A DNA stretch of 64,000 nucleotides, from NCBI GenBank assembly GCA_020137815.1, contig CM035360.1:6758001-6822000 (forward strand), in the 5' to 3' direction. The stretch's first letter is position 1. Every line of letters starts with the position of its first letter. The translations under genes were made by a program, and so were the position numbers. Below are positions 31,001 to 42,230 of this stretch, one piece after another. This stretch comes from Hormiphora californensis (taxonomy: Eukaryota; Animalia; Ctenophora). Under the pieces are notes generated by a model. The model had not been told where the DNA came from, made no database searches, and saw only the letters and a list, made by a program, of their open reading frames with translations.

Positions 31001-33715
31001 TGTGTTCCCTCAGAGGGTGAGGGTGGGGGTGAGGGCACTGCAGTAGCCCCTGTAGGGAAGGGAAGGAACCTGTATGCAGCAGGTGCGGAGATACTCCTCC
31101 CACCACTATGACACTGCTGCATCAGGGAGGATATATCAAATCCAGTAGTAGAGGTGGTTGTGTCAAGGAGAGAGTCGAGGGATTGTGAGATACAGCTGCT
31201 ACCGATTGTGGAGCTACCCAGGGATGAGGTGTCCGAGGTATCAAGGACGAGGTCAGCAGCACCTCTCCAACCACTCCAGTAGGGAAGAGACATGGCGGAG
31301 AACTTGTGGAACGGGGTTAGATAACATAAATATTAGCAGGTTCAAAAAGGCAAAATAAAGTTCAGGATGCGGGATTGAGATTCCCGGAAAAGAAAAGTAC
31401 GTTTCATACTGCAAACAACTGATAATACTGTCAAATAGATAGGAAATAGAGATCTCGTATCACTGCAGAACATGAGGCGATATGAGATTATAGTTACACA
31501 TGTTTGCTGTGAAAGGAGAGCAAGGCAGTGAAACTTCAAAATCAGCTGTATGACTACTGCAGCCTTTGGTTACCTTCTTTATTAAAGTAAATTATACCAG
31601 TTGATTTACCCCAAACAAAAGTTCGCGGTACACAATAGTGGTTACAAAACTAAATTACCGGTTTAGGGGGTTGCTGATCCTCCACGGGTCGGTTATTTAG
31701 AATTATCGGCTTATACTTAATACCGTTATATAGATCCTTCAGAACCGACTTATCTGAGAGATAAACGGGGTATAAACTCAAGGAGCACTTAGCGACCTGC
31801 CACTTTTATTAGTGACAGATAAAATTACTTGTTACTCAAAACTGTTGTCATATTCCCTACCTATGTTTGCGTCTGTGTTCCTCAAATTAGCTTCAAACTG
31901 GGCGTAACTCATCTTTTTCTCCACCATTCCCCCGTGTAGATCAGTGTTGAGCATCAACAGGGCACAAACCAGCGTGTGGATGTTGTCTGGACAAGAGGGG
32001 GTTGTTGGTCAGACCAAACAGAGGGATAGTCACAATAAAGTGAGGATTTGAATTTCACCTCTTTTTATAAAAACTTTAAAAACTTCAAGGGATGGGTGGG
32101 TTCTAGTTACCTGGTGATTGGAGGTGGGATCTGAGATTACTATTCGTCTCGTATAAGTGTTTACTTAGATGCGACAATATCTTTTCTCTCGCCGAGTTTT
32201 CACCTGAAAGGAAAATAAAGATATTTGAAAAAGTGTTCAGTAGTTTTTACTAAACATATATTTATTTATCAGTGCAATAATGTGGATCTCTAACTAACGT
32301 CAACTGCATAGTATACATTGCTTGCTCAGGGGTTGGGCAATGTCTCCCCCTCCCCCTCTTTCTCTTTCTCCCTCTCTCTTACTACAGTACTCACTACACA
32401 CTGGCTAAGGTATAATCACCAATAAGGGGAGCCCTCTCGACAAAGACTCTAACCGCATCATCTAACTTGTAGTTATCGAAGTTGAAATACTGCATGTAGT
32501 GATACGCCACCTCCTCATCAAACGAGATCCTGGTTGAAGATTGAAGATTGGAATGTGAAAATGGGATGGAATGGGACTTGGATCTTCGTGGGGGGTTTGA
32601 AAACCCGCAGCGCGCAATTAGCTCGTGCTGACAATGAGTGGTCTCATTACAAGCCGATACCCGCGCGTCCCCCAACTGTCCCATACCACACACAATGGTT
32701 CGGGGCAGCGGCAGTGTAATGAATCGGATCATCTCACTGTAGTACACAACATTCCATACATACACACATCCAGGGCTTACAAGGATGCGAGGGTGAGACT
32801 TACGAGGATGCGAGGGTGAGACTGACATCCTGGGGCACACAATTCTCTTGGTAGAATAATCGCCGTGCACAACTCTCTGCCGTTTCCTAGTGGAGAAAAA
32901 AAGGGAGGTTGGTTTTGCTGATTCCTAGTGGAGAAGGGAGGTTGGTTTTGCTGATTCCTAGTGGAGAAGGGAGGCTGGTTTTGCTGATTCCTAGTGGAGA
33001 AGGGAGGTTGGTTTTGCTGATTCCTAGTGGAGAAGGGAGGTTGGTTTTGCTGATTCCTAGTGGAGAAGGGAGGTTGGTTTTGCTGATTCCTAGTGGTGAG
33101 AAAAGGGAGGCTGGTTTTGCTGATTCCTAGTGGAGAAGGGAGGCTGGTTTTGCTGATTCCTAGGGGAGAAGGGAGGTTGGTTTTGCTGATTCCTAAGGGA
33201 GATAAAAGGGAGGTTGGTTTTGCTGATTCCTAAGGGAGAAAGATGCAGAGGCTTGTTTTTGCGGCTATCATCACGCTACTCCTCATGGGATTTGGAAATC
33301 GAATGAGGAGAGAGAGAGAGAGAGTGCGTCACAGAGACATATGTAGACAGAAATAATGTCTAATCGCTAATGGAATTCAAATTCCAAATCAGTCGGAAGA
33401 AATAATTCAAAAGCTGAAATTAGAAAGATTTATTATGGGATTTATTATCAATTATTAGCAAAGATAAATTCCAATTAACTAATAGATGAATTCCAATTTA
33501 TTACTCACCCTAGGGGGTAGATCTGGTATGGAATGTGATTCCCCTGAGGGGGCCGCATAGGGAGATGGAGGAATGGGGGGAACAACTGGAGGGGGTATGA
33601 ACGTTTCCGGACTTGCCCTGCTCTTATTTACTTTTGCATACACCTGAGAAAGTGAGGTTTGGAGGTTGGAGAGATGGAGAGAGAGAGAAAGAGATAGAGA
33701 GAGAGAGAAAGAGAA

Positions 33716-33794
<79 letters not shown>

Positions 33795-36700
33795 GATAGG
33801 TGATCTCTATCTCTCGGTCTCTCTATCTCTCGTCTCTCTCTCTCTACTCTCTCTGCTCTCTCTCTTCGTCTCTCTGCTCTCTCTCTCTCTCCTCTCGTCT
33901 CTCTCTCGTCGCTCTCTCTCTTTCTGTCTCTCTTTATGCTCGCTCTCGCCGCTTGCCTCTTTTTTGCCTATTTTTTGTTTCTTCGTGTGTATGTCATACG
34001 TGTGTGTGAGGAATTGGTCTAACATCAGATTGCGAAAGATAATTGGAAACAAAATTATTGCTCGGCCAATAATTACAGATCAATAATTATTCCCGATAAT
34101 TGTAAATGTCAGCTCCTTCCGGATAGCAATATTGAAAAGATTCCGCAAGAATATTCTACCATTTTCCTGTCTCAGTTCTCTTGAATCGTGTCTAATAACT
34201 GTGATACCACCAGATGTTCTCGAGTTTTCTGTGCTGCAGACCCAGATATACCCAGACTGATTAGGTGAATCATTAGTCTACCACCCAGTGATGATGTAAC
34301 CGAGATTTGTTAAGTTTGGTGTCTACTAGAGTGATAAACCCTATTAGAGTGGATCCGTGAGATCTTACGCAATCCCCCCCCCCCGTCTCGCTCCCAGTAC
34401 TACGGCACAACGACTATAGTGTGTGTCTAGCCAGAAGACTTAGAACAGTGTATTTCCTTAGTATGACATAACCCGATGACTCACATATAATCCAACAACA
34501 ACATGCTACTTGTACTTGTCATGTTGTCAGGACATCATCATCCAAATTCAATTCATTGAAGGTTGGTTACGAAGTCACCCCTATTATTGCTCCGTGATCT
34601 TGCACGGAGGGGTAATTTCATCACCAAAGGGGGATAATAGATCTACGTACTGGTGGGGGGTTAGCAGGAAGCTGGGGAGGAGATCCAGATGAAGGTGGGA
34701 TATTCTGATCTATGGTGGTGATGTTATTATCAGTTGTTATATCATTGAGATCTGAGAACCCAATGTCCTCATAGTCGTCCTCCCTAACACCCGTGTAGTA
34801 GTTGGGGTCGTGTGTGTCCTGTAGAGTGGTGGGGTGGGTTAGTAATTCGGGTCGTGTGTGTCCTGTAGAGAGAGGAAGGTTAGTAGTTCGGGTCGTGTGT
34901 GTCCTGTAGAGAGAGGAAGGTTAGTAATTCGGGTCGTGTGTGTCCTGTAGAGGAACGCAGTGGGTTAGTAGTTCGGGTCGTGTGTGTCCTGTAGAGAGAG
35001 GAAGGTTAGTAGTTCGGGTCGTGTGTGTCCTGTAGAGGAAGGGGTGGCTTAGTAATTCGGGTCGTGTGTGTCCTGTAGAGAGAGGAAGGTTAGTAATTCG
35101 GGTCGTGTGTGTCCTGTAGAGAGAGGAAGGTTAGTAGTTCGGGTCGTGAGTGTCCTGTAGAGAGGAAGGTTAGTGGTTCGGGTCGTGTGTGTCCTGTAGA
35201 GGAAGGGGTGGGTTAGTAGTTCGGGTCGTGTGTGTCCTGTAGAGAGAGGGGTGGGTTAGTAATTCGGGTCGTGTGTGTCCTGCAGGGTAGAAGGGGGAAG
35301 GTTAGTAGTTCGGGTCGTGTGTGTCCTGTAGAGAGGAAGGTTAGTAGTTCGGGTCGTGTGTGTCCTGTAGAGGAAGGGGTGGCTTAGTAATTCGGGTCGT
35401 GTGTGTCCTGTAGAGAGAGGAAGGTTAGTAGTTCGGGTCGTGAGTGTCCTGTAGAGAGGAAGGTTAGTAGTTCGGGTCGTGTGTGTCCTGTAGAGAGAGG
35501 AAGGTTAGTAATTCGGGTCGTGTGTGTCCTGCAGAGTGGAGGGGTTAGTAGTTGGGGTCGTGTGTGTCCTGGGTAGAAGGGGGTGGGTTAGTAGTTCGGG
35601 TCGTGTGTGTCCTGTAGAGAGAGGAGGGTTAGTAGTTCGGGTCGTGTGTGTCCTGTAGAGAAAGGGGTGGGTTAGTAGTTGGGGTCGTGTGTGTCCTGTA
35701 GAGAGAGGAAGGTTAGTAGTTCGGGTCGTGTGTGTCCTGTAGAGAGAGGAAGGGGTGGGTTAGTAGTTCGGGTCGTGTGTGTCCTGGGTAGAGAGGGGGT
35801 GAGTTCGGGTCGTGTGTGTCCTGTAGAGGAAGGGGGTGGGTGAGTAGTTCGGGTCGTGTGTGTCCTGTAGAGAGAGGAAGGTTAGTAGTTTGGGTCGTGT
35901 GTGTCCTGTAGAGAGAGGAAGGTTAGTAGTTGGGGTCGTGTGTGTCCTGTAGGGTAGGAGGGGGTGGGTTAGTAGTTCGGGTCGTGTGTGTCCTGTAGAG
36001 AGAGGAAGGTTAGTAGTTCGGGTCGTGTGTGTCCTGTAGAGAGAGGAAGGTTAGTAGTTCGGGTCGTGTGTGTCTTGTAGAGAGAGGAAGGTTAGTAGTT
36101 CGGGTCGTGTGTGTCCTGTAGAGAGAGGAAGGTTAGTAGTTCGGGTCGTGTGTGTCCTGTAGAGAGAGGAAGGTTAGTAGTTCGGGTCGTGTGTGTCCTG
36201 TAGAGAGAGGAAGGTTAGTAGTTCGGGTCGTGTGTGTCCTGTAGAGAGGAAGGTTAGTGGTTCGGGTCGTGTGTGTCCTGTAGAGGAAGGGGTGGGTTAG
36301 TAGTTCGGGTCGTGTGTGTCCTGTAGAGAGAGGGGTGGGTTAGTAATTCGGGTCGTGTGTGTCCTGCAGGGTAGAAGGGGGAAGGTTAGTAGTTCGGGTC
36401 GTGTGTGTCCTGTAGAGAGAGGAAGGTTAGTAGTTCGGGTCGTGTGTGTCCTGTAGAGAGAGGAAGGTTAGTAGTTCGGGTCGTGTGTGTCCTGTAGAGA
36501 GAGGAAGGTTAGTAGTTGGGATAAGAAGAGTTCTGACTTCTGAGGATTCATACAAATATTGAGTAATCGAATAGTGATTGGTGAAATCTGAACCTAGATA
36601 GAAAACTCATTTAAAACGAAAGAGAAACCAATTCTAGCTAACGTTTAGGCTGCTTTCACAGCTCTATCGATATATCCTGCAGAGTGCAGTTATTGTTTTA

Positions 36701-39242
36701 ACACACCCACACCACCCCGAACAATGCGGACTATTGTTCTACTGCAGCTGGAGGAGGGGGAGTTCTGCCCTTCCTGGGTGTGTGGAAGGTTTGATCCAAG
36801 GGGGTGAAACATGATCTCTCCTTCACACAATTCTTACCGGAGATTCTACCACACAAGAAAGTAACACGTTTCAACAAAGTAAGGCTCTAACAAATACATA
36901 GCTTAGTAATATATTATTGTTGTAACAAATCAAAATGTATTTCAACACTGACCTCTGCAAGGAAGCTGAGACTGGTTTGTTTGACGCTGGTAGGTCGGGT
37001 TGGTACATTATCTAGGTCATTGTACACATGGTCCACCACGTATCTGGAACACGGGAGAGGGTTAGATATTAGGGGGCTGGGAACTAGGACATTATACCTG
37101 AAACACAGGGGGGGAGGGAGGGGTTAGGGGGTTGCTGGCTGGTATCTGGGAAAGGGGCTGGGTTGAGGTGTAACAGGAACTATATATTTAAAAATTAAAA
37201 GGGAAAAAGCTTCCAGGCACTCTGACAAAAGGCGGGAAAGTCCTTCATGTTGGGGAGGGGGAGCATATAATTACGGAAATGCACGTTTCAAATATATATC
37301 CGGTATCAACACGTGGCAGTGAGAAATGGAAGGAGGGGGTGTGAGAAAAAAGGGGGCCATGCGGCATGCCCATTACCCAGTTTAGTCCAGTGCACTTTAC
37401 CATTTGTCTTAGAATGGAACACATATATCTATTATCTATTATCTGTTGAAACGGAGTACCTTACTCTCGTTAATTAAGAATTAAAAAAAACGAGAGTAAG
37501 GTATGTGGTTTAGGTCCCATTTAAGTGTACTGTACCTCATTTTACGTGACCCCCTTATCAGTGCTTGTTAGCATGTGCACTGCTTGTTCATTCCTGCACC
37601 CCCCTAGACTTATTCTTCCCGCTAAAAGCAGCTGCTTATCGATTTAGGTAACTAGATTAATGCAGCGTACAAGCAAAGCGTGTGGAACATAACAGGGGAA
37701 GTGGTGTAATACTCGTATATAGGTGCAGTAGATAACATTAGTGCGTTAAGATTACTATCTATCTAGTAGATTCTAGAGGGCAGAAAAAGAAACGAAACCT
37801 TCTAAAGTACCCAGCAAACACAGTTGGCGTGAATTGCTTGCCAGCGCCTAATTTCAGACGGTCATAGCTCCACTCCCTGGTGAGATAGACTTGAAATTTG
37901 TTGTGTAAGAAGAACTCGACATGATCTCCTTACAAAACAAATTTCGAGTCTCTATCTTATCACTTATCAGGGGGTGGATCTATGGCCGTCTGAAATTTGG
38001 CGCTGACAAGCAACTCACGCCAACTGTGTTTGCTGGGTACTATAGTTCTTTTTGGAGTATTCTTTTGTTTTGGAACATTGAAAACTAACCTGTAAACACC
38101 CTGTATCTAACACCCTGATCTAAAATTTTGCTGTTGAACCGGTTTTCTCTTCTGCGTCATATAATTGCATTAAATGGTATTTTACCTTGCCCACTTTCTA
38201 CTCACTTGTTCCGCGGTATTATATCTTTAGTTCTTGAAGGTATGGCAGGGGGAGCTGGAGGGGGAGATGTCACACTCTCACTGCTTTTTGAACCGCCTGG
38301 AAACAGGGGAATATATGACCATATATGGACATACTGGAGGGCCATATTTGGTAATCAAGGAAGGACAGTTTAAACAAGGTTGGTAGACACGGAACAGGCA
38401 ATTAAACGCCCTTCTATCAACGTAGTTTAGTATAGGAGGGGTGGGGAAACACGTTGGTAAAACAAGATCAACTTAAATAACCCCAGTAATTGGTTATCAA
38501 ACAGTAAACTGTACCATGTGAAAGTCTGTTGTACTGAGGTTGGTATAACCGTCTACTAGCGGTACCAGGGCTGGTTGGAGCCCGTTCTGGAGTGGTATAG
38601 CTGATATTAGCTGTAGAGTTAGACGTCATCTTAGCAGGACTTGAGGACCGGGCTTTAGCTTGCTGAAAGGCACTGAGTCGCTTTTTCAGGTCTGGATCTG
38701 CAATAAAATCAGGGATGGAGTGAGATGTATAAATACACGTACAAAAACACGTACAATATCTTCTTAGTAAGAGTGAGATGTATAAACAGTTGAAACAGCG
38801 AAAAAACAAATTGAAAATCGGAGACAAACTAAATCATACCATCTTGAAGTTCCAGAACCATAGTACTACCACTTTCATTTATCAACTGGATAACTAAATA
38901 AGGAAATTAGGCGAATTATTAAAAAGAACAGGCTAAAAAGTAAGAAAATATCCCAAAAGTAGGCGGGGACATATTTAGCAAGGATATGAAGAGAACGAAT
39001 AAGAAAGGCAATGGCTCAAAGAACAATTTTAGAAGGTGACAGAATTATAAAAGTATGCAGAGAGATCTCTCCTTGTTGAGATAAGGAAGCAAAATGAAGG
39101 TCACTCCTTTACATATCCAGAGTAAAACCAAAGAGAAAGTAAGTGTGAAAAGGATATATTAGGCAAGAGATAATATATGTCAACATCGGGAAAAGAGAGT
39201 GGGAAAGGAGAGAGATGGAGAAAGAAAAGAGAGAGAGAGGGA

Positions 39243-39278
<36 letters not shown>

Positions 39279-39783
39279 TAGAGAGAGAGAGAGATGAATC
39301 AAGTGAACATATGAAACGTAACAAACCTTGTTTTGATGAAATGTTGGCAACAGAGGATCCGTTTACAGTTATTATCCGATCTCCCTTTTCAACCTGTGCA
39401 GATGGTCATTATATGGAATTTTAATCCAAGCAAAACAGAAACAGGAAACACAAAATAGAAACACAAAACACAAAACAGAGAACTCAAAACAGAAACCGAC
39501 AAATTGAAACAGAAACAGACAAATTGAAACAGAAACAGACAAACTCAAAACAGAAACCGACAAACTCAAAACAGAAACCGACAAATTGAAACAGAAACAG
39601 ACAAATTGAAACAGAAACAGACAAATTGAAACATCTAAAACTCACCCTCGCAGAAGTGTCGGCAGGTTGTCCTGGTGCAATAGTAAATATCATGGGAGGG
39701 AGGTATGTGTCACTGCCCCCAATAACACTAAACCCAAATCCCGTACCGCCCCGGGATATCGTTACTGTCTTCGTTGATACCAT
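25057..39783 (-). CDS. PSD: EFA6/PSD-family ARF6 guanine exchange factor (PDZ-Sec7-PH-coiled coil)
   Basis: N-terminal PDZ GFGFSVIGG..VEKGDRIITVNG. Sec7 YMQYFNF..LDDAVRVF, GENSAREKILSHL, HTLVCALLMLNTDLHG. PH KRGWKRF, ILQCADERQFLLQA. PSD-specific AAMFSALPMAAPVSNSRKFQPHSLP and terminal RMSYKRAV. Confidence 0.88.
25650..26409. mobile_element. Non-autonomous TIR element with ~200-bp inverted ends
   Basis: taacgggtgacaactaaaaattg ... caatttttagttgtcacccgtta, giving the mirror ORFs 25641/26224. Confidence 0.85.
26418..28929. mobile_element. Large foldback element (~2.5 kb): long inverted arms and an internal 21-bp-period satellite
   Basis: taatccatggcattcgggta ... tacccgaatgccatggatta. The arms stay complementary for roughly 1 kb, and the ccctcacaccctcccagg satellite is inverted between the halves. 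Confidence 0.88.
30007..30129 (-). repeat. 30-bp x4 tandem repeat of the PH-exon splice acceptor
   Basis: Minus-strand unit cccatcaacccaactacccctctccagGCG. AG sites at plus-strand 30013, 30043, 30073 and 30103. Confidence 0.92.
30346..31293 (-). CDS. 315-aa orphan ORF inside a PSD intron on the same strand (nested gene or alternative terminal exon)
   Basis: Long uninterrupted ORF with a Ser/Pro-rich N-half, a KRKR motif and a helical C-half. Preceded by ctaac..cacaag|TTCTCCGCC-ATG. No family recognised. Confidence 0.65.
   Translation of the reverse strand: MSLPYWSGWRGAADLVLDTSDTSSLGSSTIGSSCISQSLDSLLDTTTSTTGFDISSLMQQCHSGGRSISAPAAYRFLPFPTGATAVPSPPPSPSEGTQQAPKRLNSNTSPAGVYTHWLPGAGFVVPTHITQHALPTVSEPPLPPPPPMVPAATSTGGEQVQERTTSGKRKRIEDDYVMIEPVKKERSVCDDMRELFEEIIQLRAQVNAMKSGPITKRRERSRLNSSLDRKVRRFKEMRLTFLEGHLTMEHATLQNTLEKAVTELQFCREKGVVPALSDDTGRRISEVLEGCMSGDLKGFFSKSIGIPDSVTEDTQ
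32885..33240 (-). repeat. 33-bp minisatellite, ~11 copies, of the acceptor for the first Sec7 exon
   Basis: Minus-strand unit tcagcaaaaccaacctcccttctccactagGAA. The last copy continues GAAACGGCAGAG (ETAESCARRLFY). Confidence 0.92.
33675..33950. repeat. (GA)n tract followed by a degenerate (TC)n tract
   Basis: Directly visible. Confidence 0.9.
34797..36520 (-). repeat. ~41-bp minisatellite, ~41 copies, made of a PSD splice acceptor plus the exon start
   Basis: Minus-strand unit taaccttcctctctctacagGACACACACGACCCGAACTAC. The last copy continues into the exon DTHDPNYYTGVREDDYEDI. Confidence 0.95.
37810..38037. mobile_element. MITE with CCCAGCAAAC ends and TA flanks
   Basis: ta-cccagcaaacacagttggcgtga ... 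tcacgccaactgtgtttgctggg-ta. Confidence 0.85.
39430..39632. repeat. ~20-bp tandem repeat (aaacagaaacagacaaattg) filling PSD intron 1
   Basis: Directly visible between the two PDZ exons. Confidence 0.85.
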
Positions 39784-40814
39784 CCTACAGCTAGAACACA
39801 CATGGGTTGTTATTTGTGATGAGTATGGGAATAGAAGGAAAATTCTTGAAAATTCTTGAATCATACTTTAATTTGTCAGGCTACTCAAGAAAATTCAGGA
39901 AATATCTTTTACCCTACAGAACAGAAGAAAAATTCGGGAAGCATTTCCCCCCTCTTGAGTATGACGGTTATTGTTGTTGTTATGTCGAGCTAGGCAACAG
40001 GGTTAATCGTTTAAAATTGGAGGGATTTTTAGATGACGTCAGCTATACTAAGGATCCAGACGGGGGTTTGAAATTAAATTTTACAGATTGCGTCATTGCA
40101 CCCTCTATAAAAGTAGAGCAAATAAAGGCCAGGGTGTCCTTTGCCTGCACTATTTTCAGTAGTTTCTGTTAGATCTAAACCAATCTCAAGATCCAGAAAG
40201 TCTAATACCTTTCTTGTACCTAACTGATACAGATATATGTTTGACCCCTCACACTGTTCCTTTTACGTCATAGGTAGTTTGCCTACCTTTGGCCATGAGC
40301 TCCATCTACTCATGAATATATATTGCATATAATATATGCATTACATATATTGTTCTGTGGTACGACGTTTTGACTTTTGATAATTTTGAATTTTATCACG
40401 CCCGTTCAATTCTGCCACGTCGTAACTTATCTGCACGAGGGCACACCATTATTTTACAAAGACATACTGAAGAAAGAAGAAGAAGAAAGGCGTACAGTGG
40501 TAACTGATATTATAACTGGTACATATTATAATTTCAAGTACTCTATCTTCAAAAGTGTGATCTAATATGGTTCAAGTCACTGCAAGATACGCTCATGTGC
40601 TATCTCTGTAAAACATCTGATTTTAATTCAATTTGAGTTGTCATTTCTTATCCTACTGGTTTTGTATTTTCAATGCTTTAAACTTTAAATACAAACGATT
40701 TCCATTACACAAAATAGCACTAACGCTTCATATTTCATATTTCGGGAATGTTCCTCGTACGTGATATGAGTCGAGACTGGTGTAACCTGCAAAACTGGTA
40801 GACATGACGATATA

Positions 40815-40857
40815 GATAGAGCGAGAGCGAGAGAGAGAGAGAGAGAGAGAGAGTGAG

Positions 40858-40937
<80 letters not shown>

Positions 40938-40939
40938 AG

Positions 40940-40988
<49 letters not shown>

Positions 40989-41097
40989 AGGGATTCTTCG
41001 CTCTTCTCTCCTCTCAGGTCTCTAGGCTCGACCTGCTACTCTCTCTCTCTTCTCGCTACTCTCCCTCATACTCTTCTCGAGTCTGCTGTCGCTTCTC

Positions 41098-41133
<36 letters not shown>

Positions 41134-41195
41134 TCTCGTCTCTCTCTTCGTTCTTCCTCTCCCCGTCTCTCTCTCTCTCTGCTCTCTCTTCTTGT
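40815..41195. repeat. (GA)n tract followed by a degenerate (TC)n tract
   Basis: Directly visible. Confidence 0.9.
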
Positions 41196-42230
41196 CTCGT
41201 GCTCCGCCTGTCTATATACGCTCAGTCTATTTTCTGTTTTGTTCTCCCCTTTTTTGCTTCCAACCGTTTCTGGTTTCACATTTGCCCCCATATACCAGTC
41301 ACTGTTTGAGAAATAGTTTTTAATTTCAAAATTTGATCTAACCCTGATGTCCAAGTGAAATGAATGCGAGATTATCACTGTTCCTTGTTTTGCGTCATTG
41401 GTAGTTTGACTTTAGACAGGGCACAGACAGGGGGATAGTTAGAGGGGTGGTGTGAAAATACGAAATTGAACAAGTGGCGGGATATAATGAGTGATTATGG
41501 CTATACTGATCCAGGTGCTAATATCATTTTTTTCAACCAACATGTTTCTTTCTCTGTGTCTCTCACTGTGTCTCTCCCCCCTCTCTCCCTCTCTCTCTCT
41601 CTCCCCACCAATTTGATTTCCGCTAAGGATCGAGATGAATTTCCCACCCTGCACTGGTTTTTCATTGCCAGCTGCCTCTCACGCACGTGCCCTGCGCCTA
41701 TAGATTTCTTGTTCTACATGACATAGTTGCTAGAAATGGTGACGCATAATTGGTATTGCAACAGTGTCCCCTTGTGTGAATCTAGAGCTGAATATTACTC
41801 ATTATCTAGAAACTATCTAGAAATTCTAAAGCTGTCCTACTTTTAGCAATGACGAAATTTTTCCAATTAGTACTCGAATCTCGGTTAATATTTAAAGCAG
41901 GCTGCAGTTGTTGCAAGTTATATTATATTGTTTGACTATCTAGGTTGTTAGCAAGTGTACGCTAATACGATCCATTGAGCAGATCTCCTGTTTGTTAATC
42001 TGTCTACCATTTGTCCCATAACTTGTTTATTGTTTATTGCACCATAATTTGTCCTATAATGCCCCTCCTTTGTGATAGTAATTGTGTCTTTGACTATAGG
42101 CCTGCAGTTAGATTGCATTAGATGTTGTTCGTTTATCTATCTCCTCTCCCAACTCTAACGATTGCATTAGAAATTGTACGTTTATCTATCTCCCCTCCCA
42201 ACTAATGAAACCCTACAACATAGATCTACC

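Noticed and set aside
34797-36520. CRISPR-like appearance (constant repeat with variable intervening sequence), also at 18167-18998 and 1659-2294
   Set aside because: The variable parts are related purine/pyrimidine tracts, not unique spacers. The context is eukaryotic introns and there are no cas genes.
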